Assembly (NCBI RefSeq): GCF_009834535.1
Contig: NC_045696.1
Location: 38,938,001 to 39,002,000, forward strand
Source: Camelus ferus
Taxonomy: Eukaryota
Length of the DNA: 64,000 nucleotides
Direction of reading: 5' to 3'
A program made the translations under genes and the position numbers. Shown here one piece after another: positions 11,621 through 24,380 of this stretch (its first letter is position 1; each line of letters begins with the position of its first letter). The notes under the pieces were generated by a model, which saw only the letters and a list, made by a program, of their open reading frames with translations, was not told where the DNA came from and searched no databases.

Positions 11621-14600
11621 ACATAAAGTAAAGTGTACCAAGTAGGATGCTTTGTATGCTAAAAAGAATAATGGTGTGTTACTATGGTATTTGGTGTTTT
11701 ACTGTCAAACATTTGTAAATTACCTGAAACCAAGTTAAGCTAAATTTATCCAGTGAATATATATGAAACATCTCTATACCTATACTAGTTTGGCATTTTC
11801 CTAGGCAATGGTGATACAAGATAAATGAAACATATTCCTTTTCCTTAGAGTACTTAAATTTGAGGGAGAATTTGAGAATCTTTTCATTCATAATTTTATT
11901 ACATTGGCTGAATGAAAATACTGCATCTTAAGATTAAGAAGTATAGAAATGAATTAATGTGATTCTTCACAATTATTACAACTTACTTCTTCTTTCTTCT
12001 GTTAAAATGTCTCCAGTTTACTGCACTACTTTGTTAAAATAGACTGTGACTCACCAACTATGTTTTTCCTGAGCATAAACTGCTACAAAAATGTTCTTTA
12101 GAATTTTAAACATATCTCTGCCATTTACTGTATGCAAATTGTGTTACTTCTCACAACTTGGAGACTACTTACAATTATAAACTCTAAATAGAAGCTTTCA
12201 TTTCAAATTAATCACTGGGAAACAGTATACTGAGCAATGGTGTGAATCCTGAAAAATATTACGTATAAGGAAAAACTGTAATATCAGTGTGTAACCTCTT
12301 AAATATCCTTAGCTGTGAAAATGATAAAAATAAAAGGGAAAGGGTAAGTGAGTAATAAGGATGTGTTATAGTAACTATGGTAGTGGTATTTTCACAGAGA
12401 TTGAATAAAATAATTTTAAAACTACAGTAAAAATTCTGTAGTCCATTTTCTCTTAGTGCAGAAATCCCAGTGATTTAGAATTTGGCAAATTGAAAGTTAT
12501 CCAGAATGTTCCAGTGAACCAGCATTTTAGCTAGCTTTCTCTCATAAATTGTTTTGATGAGGATACAAAGTGAGTCTCGAATTGCCTCAGATATAAAAAA
12601 GGACATGAAGATGAAAACACTGACTTTAATAAAAAAAATTAATATTATGTAACTGTTTTAGGAGGATGGAGAAAGGGGTGTTTTAAGAGAATTCAAATCT
12701 CATCTACAGTAGGTAACAATAATAATAGCTATCACTATATGGTCACTCTGTTTTGAGCAAGATATCATACATATGTGGGATTTTGCATCATATAATCCTC
12801 ACAATAACCTCATGTAGTAGATTCTAGTATTTGTTTTGTAGAGAAGGAAACTGAGGCCTCAAAGTTTATTTGTTAAATGTCACAAAGCTGGTAAATGATG
12901 CTGAGATTCAGAACCAAAAGTTCTGTTTAAAATGGGTGATTCAAGAGCTAAGAGTGTTGCTGATTTTAGAAATATAGAGCTGTCTGCCATAAGAACAGCT
13001 AAAAGGTTGGGAAAGTCTCACTGCAGTGGGAGACCCGAATGGGGCTAGAGGAGGTCAGGAACAAAGGACTACTGGTTTTTTTTGTTTTTTGGTTTTTTGT
13101 TTTTGCTTCTTTTAAGTCTATTAACACTTCAAATTTTAAACTCTGGGAAGAAATGACTGATAAAAATAAAACTATGTTGATGCTAGTAAGTTAATTAGTA
13201 TTCCATATACTATAGTAATTCACACTTAAGCAAATATTTAGAAGAGAGGGACATACTAATTTTTTCCTTTGTTTCCATGATCTCCAAATCTAGTGTATAG
13301 TCTATAATAAACATTTATTCCTACTCTACATTTTCATGTAAAGATTATGTACAGCAAGTTGGACTGCAGTGGTCACAGGATGCCATGTAAGTGTGCAAAT
13401 GCTGAGGTTATTGTGTTTGTATTTAGCATTATGCAATTAAAATTTATTGCATTAAAGCTCAAGCAAGCTTTTTATTTCATGTTTAGACATCACTGTGTTG
13501 CAAAGTGTAATTCATTAAGCTCCACATTTCAATATAACACCTCATAAAATGTTCAAAAGTTAGCCTGTTGTATGTTTTGCATTTAAATATTTATATGTGG
13601 TACTATTCAGCCTGTGCCTTATAAACCACAAAAGGGCTGAGTTATATTTGTTTTCTATTTATTTATAAGTTGTCTGCTAAAACTTACAATTGTCTTATTA
13701 CTTATTTTTTTCCTTTGAAATTTTTGGCCCACCTTGTTGTGATTTCTATAAATAAAATGCAGTTACTCTGAAGAAAACTTAAGGTAAATACATCCTGCAT
13801 GTAATTCTGGTACATTAAAATACTGTAGCATTTTAACTGACTTTGTACATATTTTCTGCTTTCCAATTACTCCCTCTTGCTTCTTAGTTAAAAAATAAAT
13901 AAAACCAATATTAAAAGCTCACTTAAATGGATGTTAAAATAGGTTTTTTCATTTCTGGGGCCAGAAAGAAATACTGTAATGGTTGAGAAATGGTTATTGT
14001 GTTTAATTAAATGTTTCAAGTAACTTAGTTATTACATTTTTAAAGTGAATCTTTCTCATTAACGATGTTCCTTCTGGGGTCTGCAAGGGACTGCCTCAGG
14101 ACCATTAGTGCCTCTTCTCTCTGATCACTAGATTTTAATGCCACTCTTAAACTTAAATAACTTGCCTACAGTCACACTGCAAATAAACACAGGACCCCGG
14201 ATTTTGAGTCTAAACTATCTGGCTCCAGAATTTGTGTTCTTAACCTCTACAAAGTTTCTCAAAAAGGTAAACATTATTTTTAAATGGAATAGAATAATTT
14301 GAAATTACTTTCTTAAATAATTAAAGATAAAAAATCAGATGCAAATGGCTGAAAAGTAATGCTTTTTGAAGTCCTTTTTTTCCCCCAGTTAGATCAATGT
14401 CTCAGCCCTTTTCCTTCCTTTTGTTTAAATGGGTGGCAACAGATGGGGCAGATTCTGAAACATCAGACATGTTCATGTCTTAGAGTGTAATCACACACAG
14501 ATTATCTCCAGGCATCAGGCTTGGACTACCAGATTTCTCAGTGAGTTTTACCAGTATTTTGAGGTAAATGATAACTAGTGTTGATAGTCTTGAAATGTGG

Positions 14601-15789
14601 TAAAATGTGGAAACATTTATAATTCAATTTGTGGGTATGCATTTTAAGTTAAATAACCACAAGTAACAACTATAGCTAAAAATATTTTCTTAATTACAAA
14701 TATTTCATGATTTTGCCTTAGTGTTCTGAATTTTTGCTATTTGACTGGTGAAATAGCATATATTCATAAATGCCAAGGCCTAGAAATCAGTCTCTCTTCC
14801 TCTTTTTCTCTTTCTTATTCTCTCTTGGAAATATTTATGAATTCTTCCAAGTATTTAATGAAATATCATAATGTTATAATAAAATATCACTGAAATAGGT
14901 TTACATTTCCTCCAGTTAAGTGTAACCGTTAATGTTGGAGTTAAAGCCAATTTCACATTTAAGCTCTATTTTCTTAGGCTCAGTATAGTGTATGTGTCAG
15001 AATGCACCATCCTAAAAGTCACTGAAAGCTCACACTTCACTCATTTTAGTGATCACTGACTTTTTCCCCAGGGCTTTTGGGGGCAGGTTTATAGAAACAC
15101 CTTGCAAGATACATTATTCTTAACCATGTTGTAGGAGTTTTTTTGTTTGTTTTGTGATACTCTTAAATGTGATACATAAGCTCTTGCCATTTCAGGAAAC
15201 TTCATTGTCTGTTTGATAGAGATTTTACTGCATTCTTCAGATGTGGGATTATTAGTGTCTTAAATCCTGTTCACTAATTCAGTGAGTTTAATTTATAGAT
15301 TCACAAAATATCACTTACTATCCCTTTTTACATTGTAAAACCCCAATACTGTGAATAATTTTATTTCATTTATGCATAGCAGGACAAGATTTTTTGAGAG
15401 CAAATTTAAAAATTTCCAAGACCCTATATCAATATAGTATCTCACTAATGTTAAAATTTGTTTCTCTAATTTGAAATACATCTAACACAGGACTGTTTTT
15501 TAAATGTTAATGCTTTGTTTGCTGATTAAAAGGATGTATTGGTCTCTGTACAAGCAGTGGCAGCTGAAACAAGAGATGTTGAGTCTGGGAGAATATGAAA
15601 TGGCTCACAAATTTTGTCTGAAACGATATATCTTAAAAGTTAAGAAATCTCTCAGATTACTGGCTTGGTTTGATGCATGGAACTACAGTGTATCTTGGTC
15701 ATATTTTTAACCATAGACTCTTTTGGGGCCAGGCTAGGTTGTAGATGCTTTGGTATTAATTTCTTTGACAGTTACTGAAGAATTAAGCC

Positions 15790-16262
15790 ATTCAGAAGTT
15801 TCCAGGTGACCTATATGAAAGTACTAACATTCAGCTGCCTTGGGCCTACAAAATGGCTGTAGGTTCCAGACAACTGTATGTTGGTGCAACTTGACAATGC
15901 CCCGCATCTCTCATTTCCTATTTTGGAGCTTCCTACTTTTTGTCCCTATGCCCCCACCACTACCATTCCAAAACAGACGTAACCCAGCACGGAAACCATT
16001 GACAAGTGGAAGATAAGAGCTAATGAATAAATTCTTCCCTCAATCATGGACAGTCTTGAGACTCACTATATATAGCTTGTGGGATGATTCCTCTGATTCT
16101 AACAATTAGTCATACTTAGCTGCAGCCAACTCAATAACACCTCCTCATATTGCTACTCTCCTAACCTGCTTCATTCTCCTTTTCTGTGACTTTACTTCCT
16201 AATAAAGTAATACAGAAATCTCTCTGCCACAGCAGTGCTTTCTGAGTACCCAGGCTATATCC
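15790..16262 (+). mobile_element. ERVL LTR16-like solo LTR remnant
   Basis: ttcagctgccttgggcc..., cctaataaagt poly(A) signal, and end ...tgctttctgagtacccaggcta. Confidence 0.45.
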
Positions 16263-16611
16263 AACAATGTTCTCAAATTTTTATCAGATTTTTCCTAGGA
16301 TTTTTTTTTCTTCATTTTTAAAATAGACTTTAGAGCAAATTTAAGTTCACAGCAAAACTGAGCCAAAGATAGAGATTTTCTACATACTACTGCCCCACAT
16401 AATGCATAGCCTACCCTACTATCCACATCCTGATGCCCTAGGATTTTTAAGTACATAAAAGTCACCCTCAAGTGAGCATATGATAGTTGACCAAAAGCTA
16501 CCTTGGAAGTTCTGGCTCTGGGTAAGTTGGGATAAGCACACTCTGCCCTACCTCCCCCACTGAATGCAACCACAATACCTGCACAGACTCGCCATTTAAA
16601 TGCATGGACCA

Positions 16612-16709
16612 AGGGAAGGGTATATAGCTCAGTGGTAGAGTGCATACTTAGTATACACGAGGTCCTGGGTTCAATCCCCAGTACCTCCATTTAAAAAAAA
16701 AAAAAAAAC
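16612..16709 (+). mobile_element. Young tRNA-derived SINE (camelid Vic-1-like) with poly(A) tail and TSD
   Basis: Pol III A box TAGCTCAGTGG (16625-16635), B box GGTTCAATCC (16668-16677) and an A-tail. Direct repeat TTAAATGCATGGACCA at 16596-16611 and 16710-16725. Confidence 0.88.
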
Positions 16710-19368
16710 TTAAATGCATGGACCAGCTACTTGAGGACTCTGAGAAGTAAATAACAGATTAAAGAAGACCAGAATTTAACATGCCACAAGACCAGCAGTG
16801 AGTTTGCCCATTTTTCTCCTTTGGTAGCCTCTCTACTTGGCTTAAGGCTACTTAAAACCCAGAATTGGGAGTCTGTGCAGACAGAGCTCCAGAGAAATTC
16901 TCTAATTTTGGCTCAAAGAATGGGAAGAAAATCTAATGATCAGCAAAAATTAAGGAAATACTCCATTTTCTTTCTCTGTTTTCTTGTGCACCAGCTGCCC
17001 AGCAATCTGAGGGTGTCAGCAGCAGCACCAATAGCAGCAGTAGCAGTGGAGAACCCACAGACCCTAAAATTCTGAGGAATAGGAACCTCATTCTGCAATC
17101 AGAGGAGCTTTGGTCCCAAGAGGATGTGGTAAATCCCATTGCTTTTGTTCTCTCTGTCTTCCCATTGCTTGGCCCCAGACAGGGACATTTTCATAGGAAG
17201 TATATTACAGAGCAGGGTACATAAAGCCCCAGCTTTCTAGCTGGAAGATAAAAAAGGGAGCCCCAGGAACTAGAAAGTATGGAGGAGGTTGGGAGAGGAA
17301 GAAGATTGGCAAAGCAACCCCATAAAGTTGTTTATGAACTCTTAGTCTTGCCCTCAGTGTCAATCTGAGCCTAAATAGCGTACAAATTTAACAACTCAAC
17401 TATGACCCAAATCCAAGATTGGCCGCTGGGTGGCTCACACATGGCCTAGAATAAAACTATAAAGGTTTTTGAAAACAGAAATAACATTGAAATTACAACT
17501 CCCTCATGGCTGGTTGGAACTTTTAGCCTCAATTCAAACAAGATGAAGGCCTGCTAAAGCAAAATTATCAACAATCTCCACAGAATTAAAAAAAAGAATC
17601 AGACTCTCATAGCATTCAGAATACCCAGGATACAATCCCAAATTACTGAGTATACAAAGCCCATGGAAAACTCACATGGCAGAGAAAAGACGGATGTCAA
17701 TACCAACGTGACACAGATATTGGAGCTATCTAACAAAGACCTTAAAACAGTTGTTATAAAAATGCTCAAAGTAAGGGTGAATACTCTTGAAGCAAATGGG
17801 GAGATAGAAAGTCTTAGAAGATACGACAGATTAATGAAAATTTTAAAACTGAAAGGTAACAATAACTTGAATGAAAACTAGATGAGTTCAATTAAAGAAT
17901 GAAAATGACAGAGGGAAGACTCCATGAACTTGAAGCAGATTAATGGAAATTACTCAATCTGAATAATAGAAAAAATACTGAATAACAAAAATAGACAGAG
18001 CCTTCATGACCTGTGGGTCAATGTCAAAAAGTCTGTATCATGTAATCAGTATCCCAGAAGGAGAGGAGAGAGTAAAGAGCATAAAAGGTATTTGAAGTAA
18101 TAATAGCGGGAAACCTCCCAAATTTGGTGATGGGCATGGTGTACAGATTTCAGAAGCTCAGCTTGAAAGCAGCTGGGGAAAATTACACATTACTTACAGG
18201 GAAACAGCCATTCAGATAACCACTGATAGCTCATCAGAGATCATTGAGGTCATAAAGAAGTGGCACACCGTTTTCAAAGTGCTTTTTAAAAAAGAACTCA
18301 ATCCAGAATAATATATCCAGCAAAAAATATCCTTTAAGAATGAAGGTGAAATAAAGACACTGTCAGGATAAGAAAAACAAGAGCATTTATTGCCATCAAG
18401 TCTGCTCTAAAAGAATTGCTAAAGGAAGTTCTTCAAACGGGAGGGAAATCATAGCAGAAGGAAACTTAAAGAACATTTTGTGTTCTTTAAAACGTATTTG
18501 ACAGTTGAAAACATTGTGTTATGTCTCCATGTGTGTAGATGTAATATATAATACAACTACAAAATAAAGGGGGAGAATAAAGGTTAAATATGGTGTTTTT
18601 CTACTCTTGAAGTAGAAAAATATTTTTCTAATTAGACTGTGAAAAGTGTGTTTATTGTAATATCCAAAGAAGCCACTAAAAGACTATACAAAGAAACAGT
18701 CAAAAACGTAAGTGAGTTTAAATGAAATACTGAAATATGTTCAGATGATCCAAAAGAAGGCACAAAAGGGGACGGAGAGCAACTAAGTGTGGAGGGAACA
18801 AACAAAACATATAATTGTAGACCTAAATCTAAACATACCAATGTTACTAAGTGTAAAGATACACATACCGATTAAAAGAAAGAAACTGAATGGATAAAAG
18901 CATTACCAAACTACATTTGCTCACTAAGGTATAGTCTATAACCCCTCTCGCAACTAAAATGCAAGCTCCAAGAGAGAGCACAATTTTTGTTTTATTCACT
19001 GCTGTGTCTAGTGAAAAAAAAAGTGCCTTTAACAAGTGTCTAGTGCAGGGCAGTTTTCTCAATAAATGAATGCACCAAGAGATGAATGAGTTAACTGCAA
19101 GTAATCCCGTTTAAATACAATGATATAGGTAAGAAAAGATTACTATGCAAGACTAATCAAAAGAAAGGGGGAATGACTATATTAATATAAGACCAGGTAG
19201 ATTTCTGAGCAAAGAAAATTATCAAGAACAAAGACGGGCATTACATAATGATAAAGGGTAAAGTTACCAAAAAGATAACAATTTTAAATGTGCAGTCACC
19301 TAAAAAATCTTCAAAATACATTGAATGATTCAAAATACAAAGGAAAATAATGACTGTACGGAAATAGG

Positions 19369-19370
<2 letters not shown>

Positions 19371-19417
<47 letters not shown>

Positions 19418-19432
19418 CATATATATATATAT
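19371..19432. repeat. (AT)n microsatellite with ACAC interruption
   Basis: About 20 perfect AT units (19371-19410), then acacatacat, then further AT units. Confidence 0.97.
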
Positions 19433-21019
19433 CTCAATATATCAATAATTGATAGAATTACAGACAGATGATCAGCAAGGATATTAATATCATCAAACTG
19501 CTAGATTGAAACGACATTTATGGAACAAGCAATCCAATAACATCAGAATAGTACTTTTTCAAGTGTAAGCAGAATAGTCACCAAGATAGACCATATCCTA
19601 AGTCATAAAACAAACCTTAATAGATTTAAGACAATTGAAACTGCAAAGTATGTTCTCTAATCATGAAGGAATTAAAATGTAAGTCAACGACACATTTAAA
19701 CATCTCCAAACACTTAGAAATTAAACACAGTTCTGCATAATCTACAGTTCAAAGAGGATGATTCAAGGGAAACTAGAAAATATTTGTAACAAAACAAAAA
19801 TAAAAATGCACCACATTAAAATTTGTGGGATGCAACTACAGCACTCAAAGGGAGATGTATACCATTAAATATACAGCATTAAATTAGAACAAAATGACTT
19901 AATAATCTATACTTCTGTGTTAAGAAAACTGAAAAAGAGAAGGTTAAACCTAAGGCAAACAGATGGAAAGAAATAATAAAGATAAGGTTAGAAACCAGTG
20001 ACATTGAGAAAACGATAGAGAAAATCAATGAAACCAAAAGCTCTTTAAAAGAAATAAAGTACCATAGCTTTGAAAGAGATTCTAGGCCTTGAATGCCTAG
20101 ATGGCTTTGATTCATGTATTCTCTTGTCTTCTGATCCTGATTTTGCTATTCGGTGATTCTCACTACTAGAAATAGAAAACACTATTGTAAAACCAGATTT
20201 TTGAGGCAAACAATCGGAATTTGGGACACTGAGGGATATTTTTCTAGGGACTTGACCAGCCATGGTAAACTAAGCTTTTTAGAAGATAGATCTAAGAACT
20301 GGAGACAGATAGCAAACAGCAGCATTGAATTGTTTCTTATTCTTTCACTGTTTTTGACAACTTGGTGTGTGTAGATACCTATGTAAACACATATGTAGGT
20401 ATGTATGTTTGAATCAAGGCAGATTTAGGACTAACTGATTAATTCAAGGGATACCCTAAAGTTTCAGAGAACATTCATTCTCTGAAAAAATACTAAGATA
20501 ATATGTTTTCAGTTGTTAATGAGGTCTCCAAAATGTTTAAAGCTTGGTGCTTTTTGTTTCATATATGCACATTTTGGAAATCTGGGATGGATGGCTATAT
20601 TTCAACAGTACTGTTAATCAGTTTCATTTTTTGCTGTTAGATGAAGGCCAAATGGCATCATCTTGTACCCTATTCTAAAATTTACAGTAAGGTAAGTAAA
20701 GAAAAGTGGGATAATTGAGTAATCACAGTTATATAAATATGCCAAAACCAGAAGAACTTGTCCCTTATAATCAATATTCCATTCACTTTGCAAATAAGTA
20801 TAGTAGGACAGTCCTATCTTTGTATGTACCAACTTGCATGAGTTCATTTCGCCAGTCAAAATAAGGTATCAGTGATTAAAATGGGTTCATTGATAGCAAA
20901 ATAAAATAACAATGATACTAACACAAATTATGATTCATTATACCAAAGTCAATAATCAAATTGAAAACTGTTAAAATATGAAGAAGAGATACAATTTCTT
21001 CTCTCATCTCCCTCTTACA

Positions 21020-21725
21020 ATCCATCACCAAAAATCCAGAATCTGACCTCACACCACCTCCACCAGTATTTCCCTGGTCCACGCCACTATAAACTCCTAT
21101 CTGAACCTCTAAATTCACTTCTTAGTCTCTCTGCTTCCACTCTACCTCAACATCAGTGTTCCCTCTTCACAGCAACTAGTGTCATTTTTCTTTTTTAAAA
21201 ATAAAACATATCACTTTCCTATTCTTAACCTTCCAACAGATTCTCATTACATGTAAAATAAAATCCAAAACTTACCAGGGCTTACGAGGGTCCTGCCTAA
21301 CTTATTTTGGCTATATCTTTAGTCTCCTTTGCCAAAAATTACTGCACTTCATCTTACTCCTCAAATGAGCCAAGCTCTTCCTCATCTCAAGACCACTGCA
21401 TTTGCTCTTTCCTCTACCTAGAATGCCTTTCCCTGGATCCTTGCATGCCTCATTCTCTCATTTCATTCACTTCCTCAGACTTGTCATCTCTGACTATCAT
21501 ATTCAAACTAGCAAATGCACCCTCCTCAATTCTCTTCTACTGCTATATCTTCTTTAAAACACCTTATCATGACCTAATATCATTATATATGTTAATTTAC
21601 TCATTGTTGGTCTTTCACACTAGAATATAAATTCCGCAAGTGCAGGGAATTTATTCACACACTACATTCCAAGTGCCTCGGACACTGCATGGTATATATT
21701 GTGCCCACATTTGTTGAATGAATAA
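21020..21725 (+). mobile_element. L2 3' fragment
   Basis: Pyrimidine-rich L2 body (ctctacctagaatgcctttccc; ctagaatataaattccgcaag) ending ttgttgaatgaataaa. Confidence 0.7.
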
Positions 21726-21949
21726 AAACAAGTTAATATTATATGTAATATTTGCCCTGGTCCACAGATTTGGGGGAGCATAATAAAGAAATTAAATTGT
21801 AATATTAGTGAAGATTAATATTTGATTATGTTAATCTAAATAAAATATTAAATTATTCAGTGATGAACTATTTTTAATATGTTCATTTAACTTCTATTCC
21901 TAAAGATACTCTTAAACTTCTAACCATGAGGTACTGGGTTAGTAGTGTG

Positions 21950-24380
21950 TGATCTTTTTAGGTTTAGACTGAATTCTGCTTCTTGTATTGTAGGAGTAAG
22001 TTTCTAATAGACCAACCTTCCTACAGTTAACTATAAATGCTGACCAACAACAAAAAAATCCAGCTACCTGAAGGTTCTTGAGAATGAACAGGAGCAGGCA
22101 TATTTTGGAGGAGAATTGAAACTTAGAAAGAGGCACTGGCATGGGGTGATTTTCACATTTGGAGGCTTTTAGCCTGAGGACAGGCCACAGTCACAGCATG
22201 GGGTGGTTAAAACTCTGACAGAAAACCTGCCATATTTTTGGCCGTAAAAAAAGAGTACGGACCACGGCACAACCAAAACCACTGCAAAGTAAAGGGAGGA
22301 GCACTCAGTAAAGGAGTGCTCCAGAGACTAGGAGTCTAAAATTCTAAGAACAAACTTTCCTGTCTCCGGCTGAGCCTCAAACCATGAACAAACAGGGCAA
22401 ACTCAAAGCAGCTTTCAGCTAAGGCTCAAATAATTAACTGAGATTTGACCTGATGCCTTCAGTGAGCAAGGTCAAGTTTGCAGTTTGAGTTTAACCAAAT
22501 TAATGTCCCTGTAAAACAGAAATGGCAACACTCTTTGGAATCAATTCCCTCAGCATAACATTCAAAATGCCTAAGAGATAATCTAAAATTACTTCACATG
22601 AGCAACCAGAAAACTGTGACCCATTTTCAAGGAAAAAGATAACGGAGGCCAACACTGAGAGGACTCAAATTGGATGATCAGATAAGGACTTTAAGGCAGC
22701 TATAATAATGCAGCTCAATGAGGTAAAGGAAAACATTCTTATAACAAATGAAAAGATAAGAACTTCAGTAGAAAAATAGAATATATAAAAATAAAATAAA
22801 TGAAATTCTAGAACAGAAAAATACAACCTCTGATATTAAAAAAATCATAGACCTAATAATAGAATGAAAATGACAGAAAATAAGCAGTAAACTTGAAGAT
22901 ACAGATCAATAGAAAATGTTTCATCTGAAGAAGAGAGCAAGAAATATTTTTTTAAATGATCAGAACTTCAGGATATTGTGGGATAATGTCAAAAGGTTGT
23001 TTTTTTGTTTTTTTGTTTGTTTGTTCTTTAATATATGTAATAGAGTCCCACAGGGAAAGGAAAAAGAGAATGGGACAGAATATATTTTTGAAGAAATAAT
23101 GGGTGAACAATTCCCAAATTGAATGAATAGATTCAAAAGCTTAGAACTCCCCAAATAGAGTTAATACAAAACAGACAAAAAAACCTAAGTATATCATTGC
23201 AAGTTGTTGAAAACCAAGGAAAATCTCTGAAACAGGAGGGAAGGGTGTTGGGAAATCAACATTATGTACAAAGTAACAATGATACAAACTAATGTGGATT
23301 TCTTATCAGAAACAGTAGTGCAATATCTTGAAAGTATTGAGAGAAAAAACATGTTGATTCAGAATTCTAAAATAGAAGACTAGGGAAATATTTCATCAGC
23401 ACATCTGCACTACTATAAGAAATGTTCTTTGGGCTGAAGGGAAGTGATACCAAAGAGGAACTAATTTTAAGGATACAACAAAAACTAATGAAATGGTAAA
23501 TATTTGGGTAAACATAAAAGACTTTTTTCTTTAATGTCCTCAAAGTACATGTTTAAAGCAAAAAGCATAGCATATTCTTACAGGTTTTATAATATATGTA
23601 GATCTAATACAAATGACATGACAACTGCAGTATAACTATGGGATGGCTTATAAAAGACATTTACAGTTTCAAAACCTACATTTTACATGAAGTTATACAA
23701 TATTAATTCTACTAGACAGTGTTAATTAAGAATGTGTATTGTAATCCCTAGAGCAACTGTTTAAAAAATGTAGAGAGTTATGTTAAAAAAGCCAGTACAT
23801 TTAAATGGAATTCATCACGTTATCCCAGTAAATATCATCTGTACTGGGCCAAACTGAAATCGTGGGCATGAGCAACAAGAAGAGCCTAACATTATTTTTG
23901 TGATATTTGTGCCAAAAATGCATAGCCTGACTCTAACCATAAGGAAACACTAGACATACACAAATGGAGGGCTGTCTCTGTAACATCTAAAAGTGTCACA
24001 GTCATGAAGGCAAAGGAGAGACTGAGGCAATTCTACAGAGTGCAGAAGACTAAAGAGACTTGACAACTGAATGTAATATGTGATTCTGGGTTGGATAACT
24101 ATGCTGTGACGCACATTAATGAGACAACTGGCAAACGTGAATGGGGTCTGAGGATAAGATGGTAGGATATATTAACACTAATTTCTTGATTTTGAGAGTT
24201 GTGTTTGGTTATTTAGGATTTTAGGAGAGTGATCATATTTGTAAGTTATACATCAGTGTATTCAGAGTTATAGGACATCATTTTGACAATGTACTTTCAG
24301 AGAATTCAGGGAATAAAAGAGATTCTTTGTACTATTGTAATTTTTATATAAGTATGAAATAATTTCAAAATAAAAAATTA
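21950..24380 (+). mobile_element. Degenerate L1MC-like element: 5' region and ORF1 remnant joined to a 3' end
   Basis: ORF1-like DNA at 22600-23450 (gataaggactttaaggcagctataat; tatttttgaagaaataatgg). L1MC-type 3'UTR at 23820-24380 ending aaaataaaaaa. Confidence 0.7.

Larger units (their letters stand above)
16500..20060 (+). mobile_element. Degenerate old L1 (L1M-type): 5'UTR, ORF1 and ORF2 endonuclease remnants
   Basis: ORF1-like peptide ELSNKDLKTVVIKMLK (ORF 17663-17881) and ORF2-like DNA (gggcattacataatgataaaggg; aaaatttgtgggatgcaact; aaaatcaatgaaaccaaaagct). Many stops. Interrupted by a SINE, an L2 end and (AT)n. Confidence 0.85.

Noticed and set aside
16621..16690. tRNA gene (tRNA-Ala-like A and B boxes)
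   Set aside because: It is followed by poly(A), flanked by a TSD, and has no proper acceptor stem or oligo-T terminator, so it is a SINE. ORF 16295-16690 (MEVLGIEPRTS...) is its antisense read-through.
17663..17881. Coiled-coil-like ORF
   Set aside because: It is a remnant of L1 ORF1 within a decayed element.
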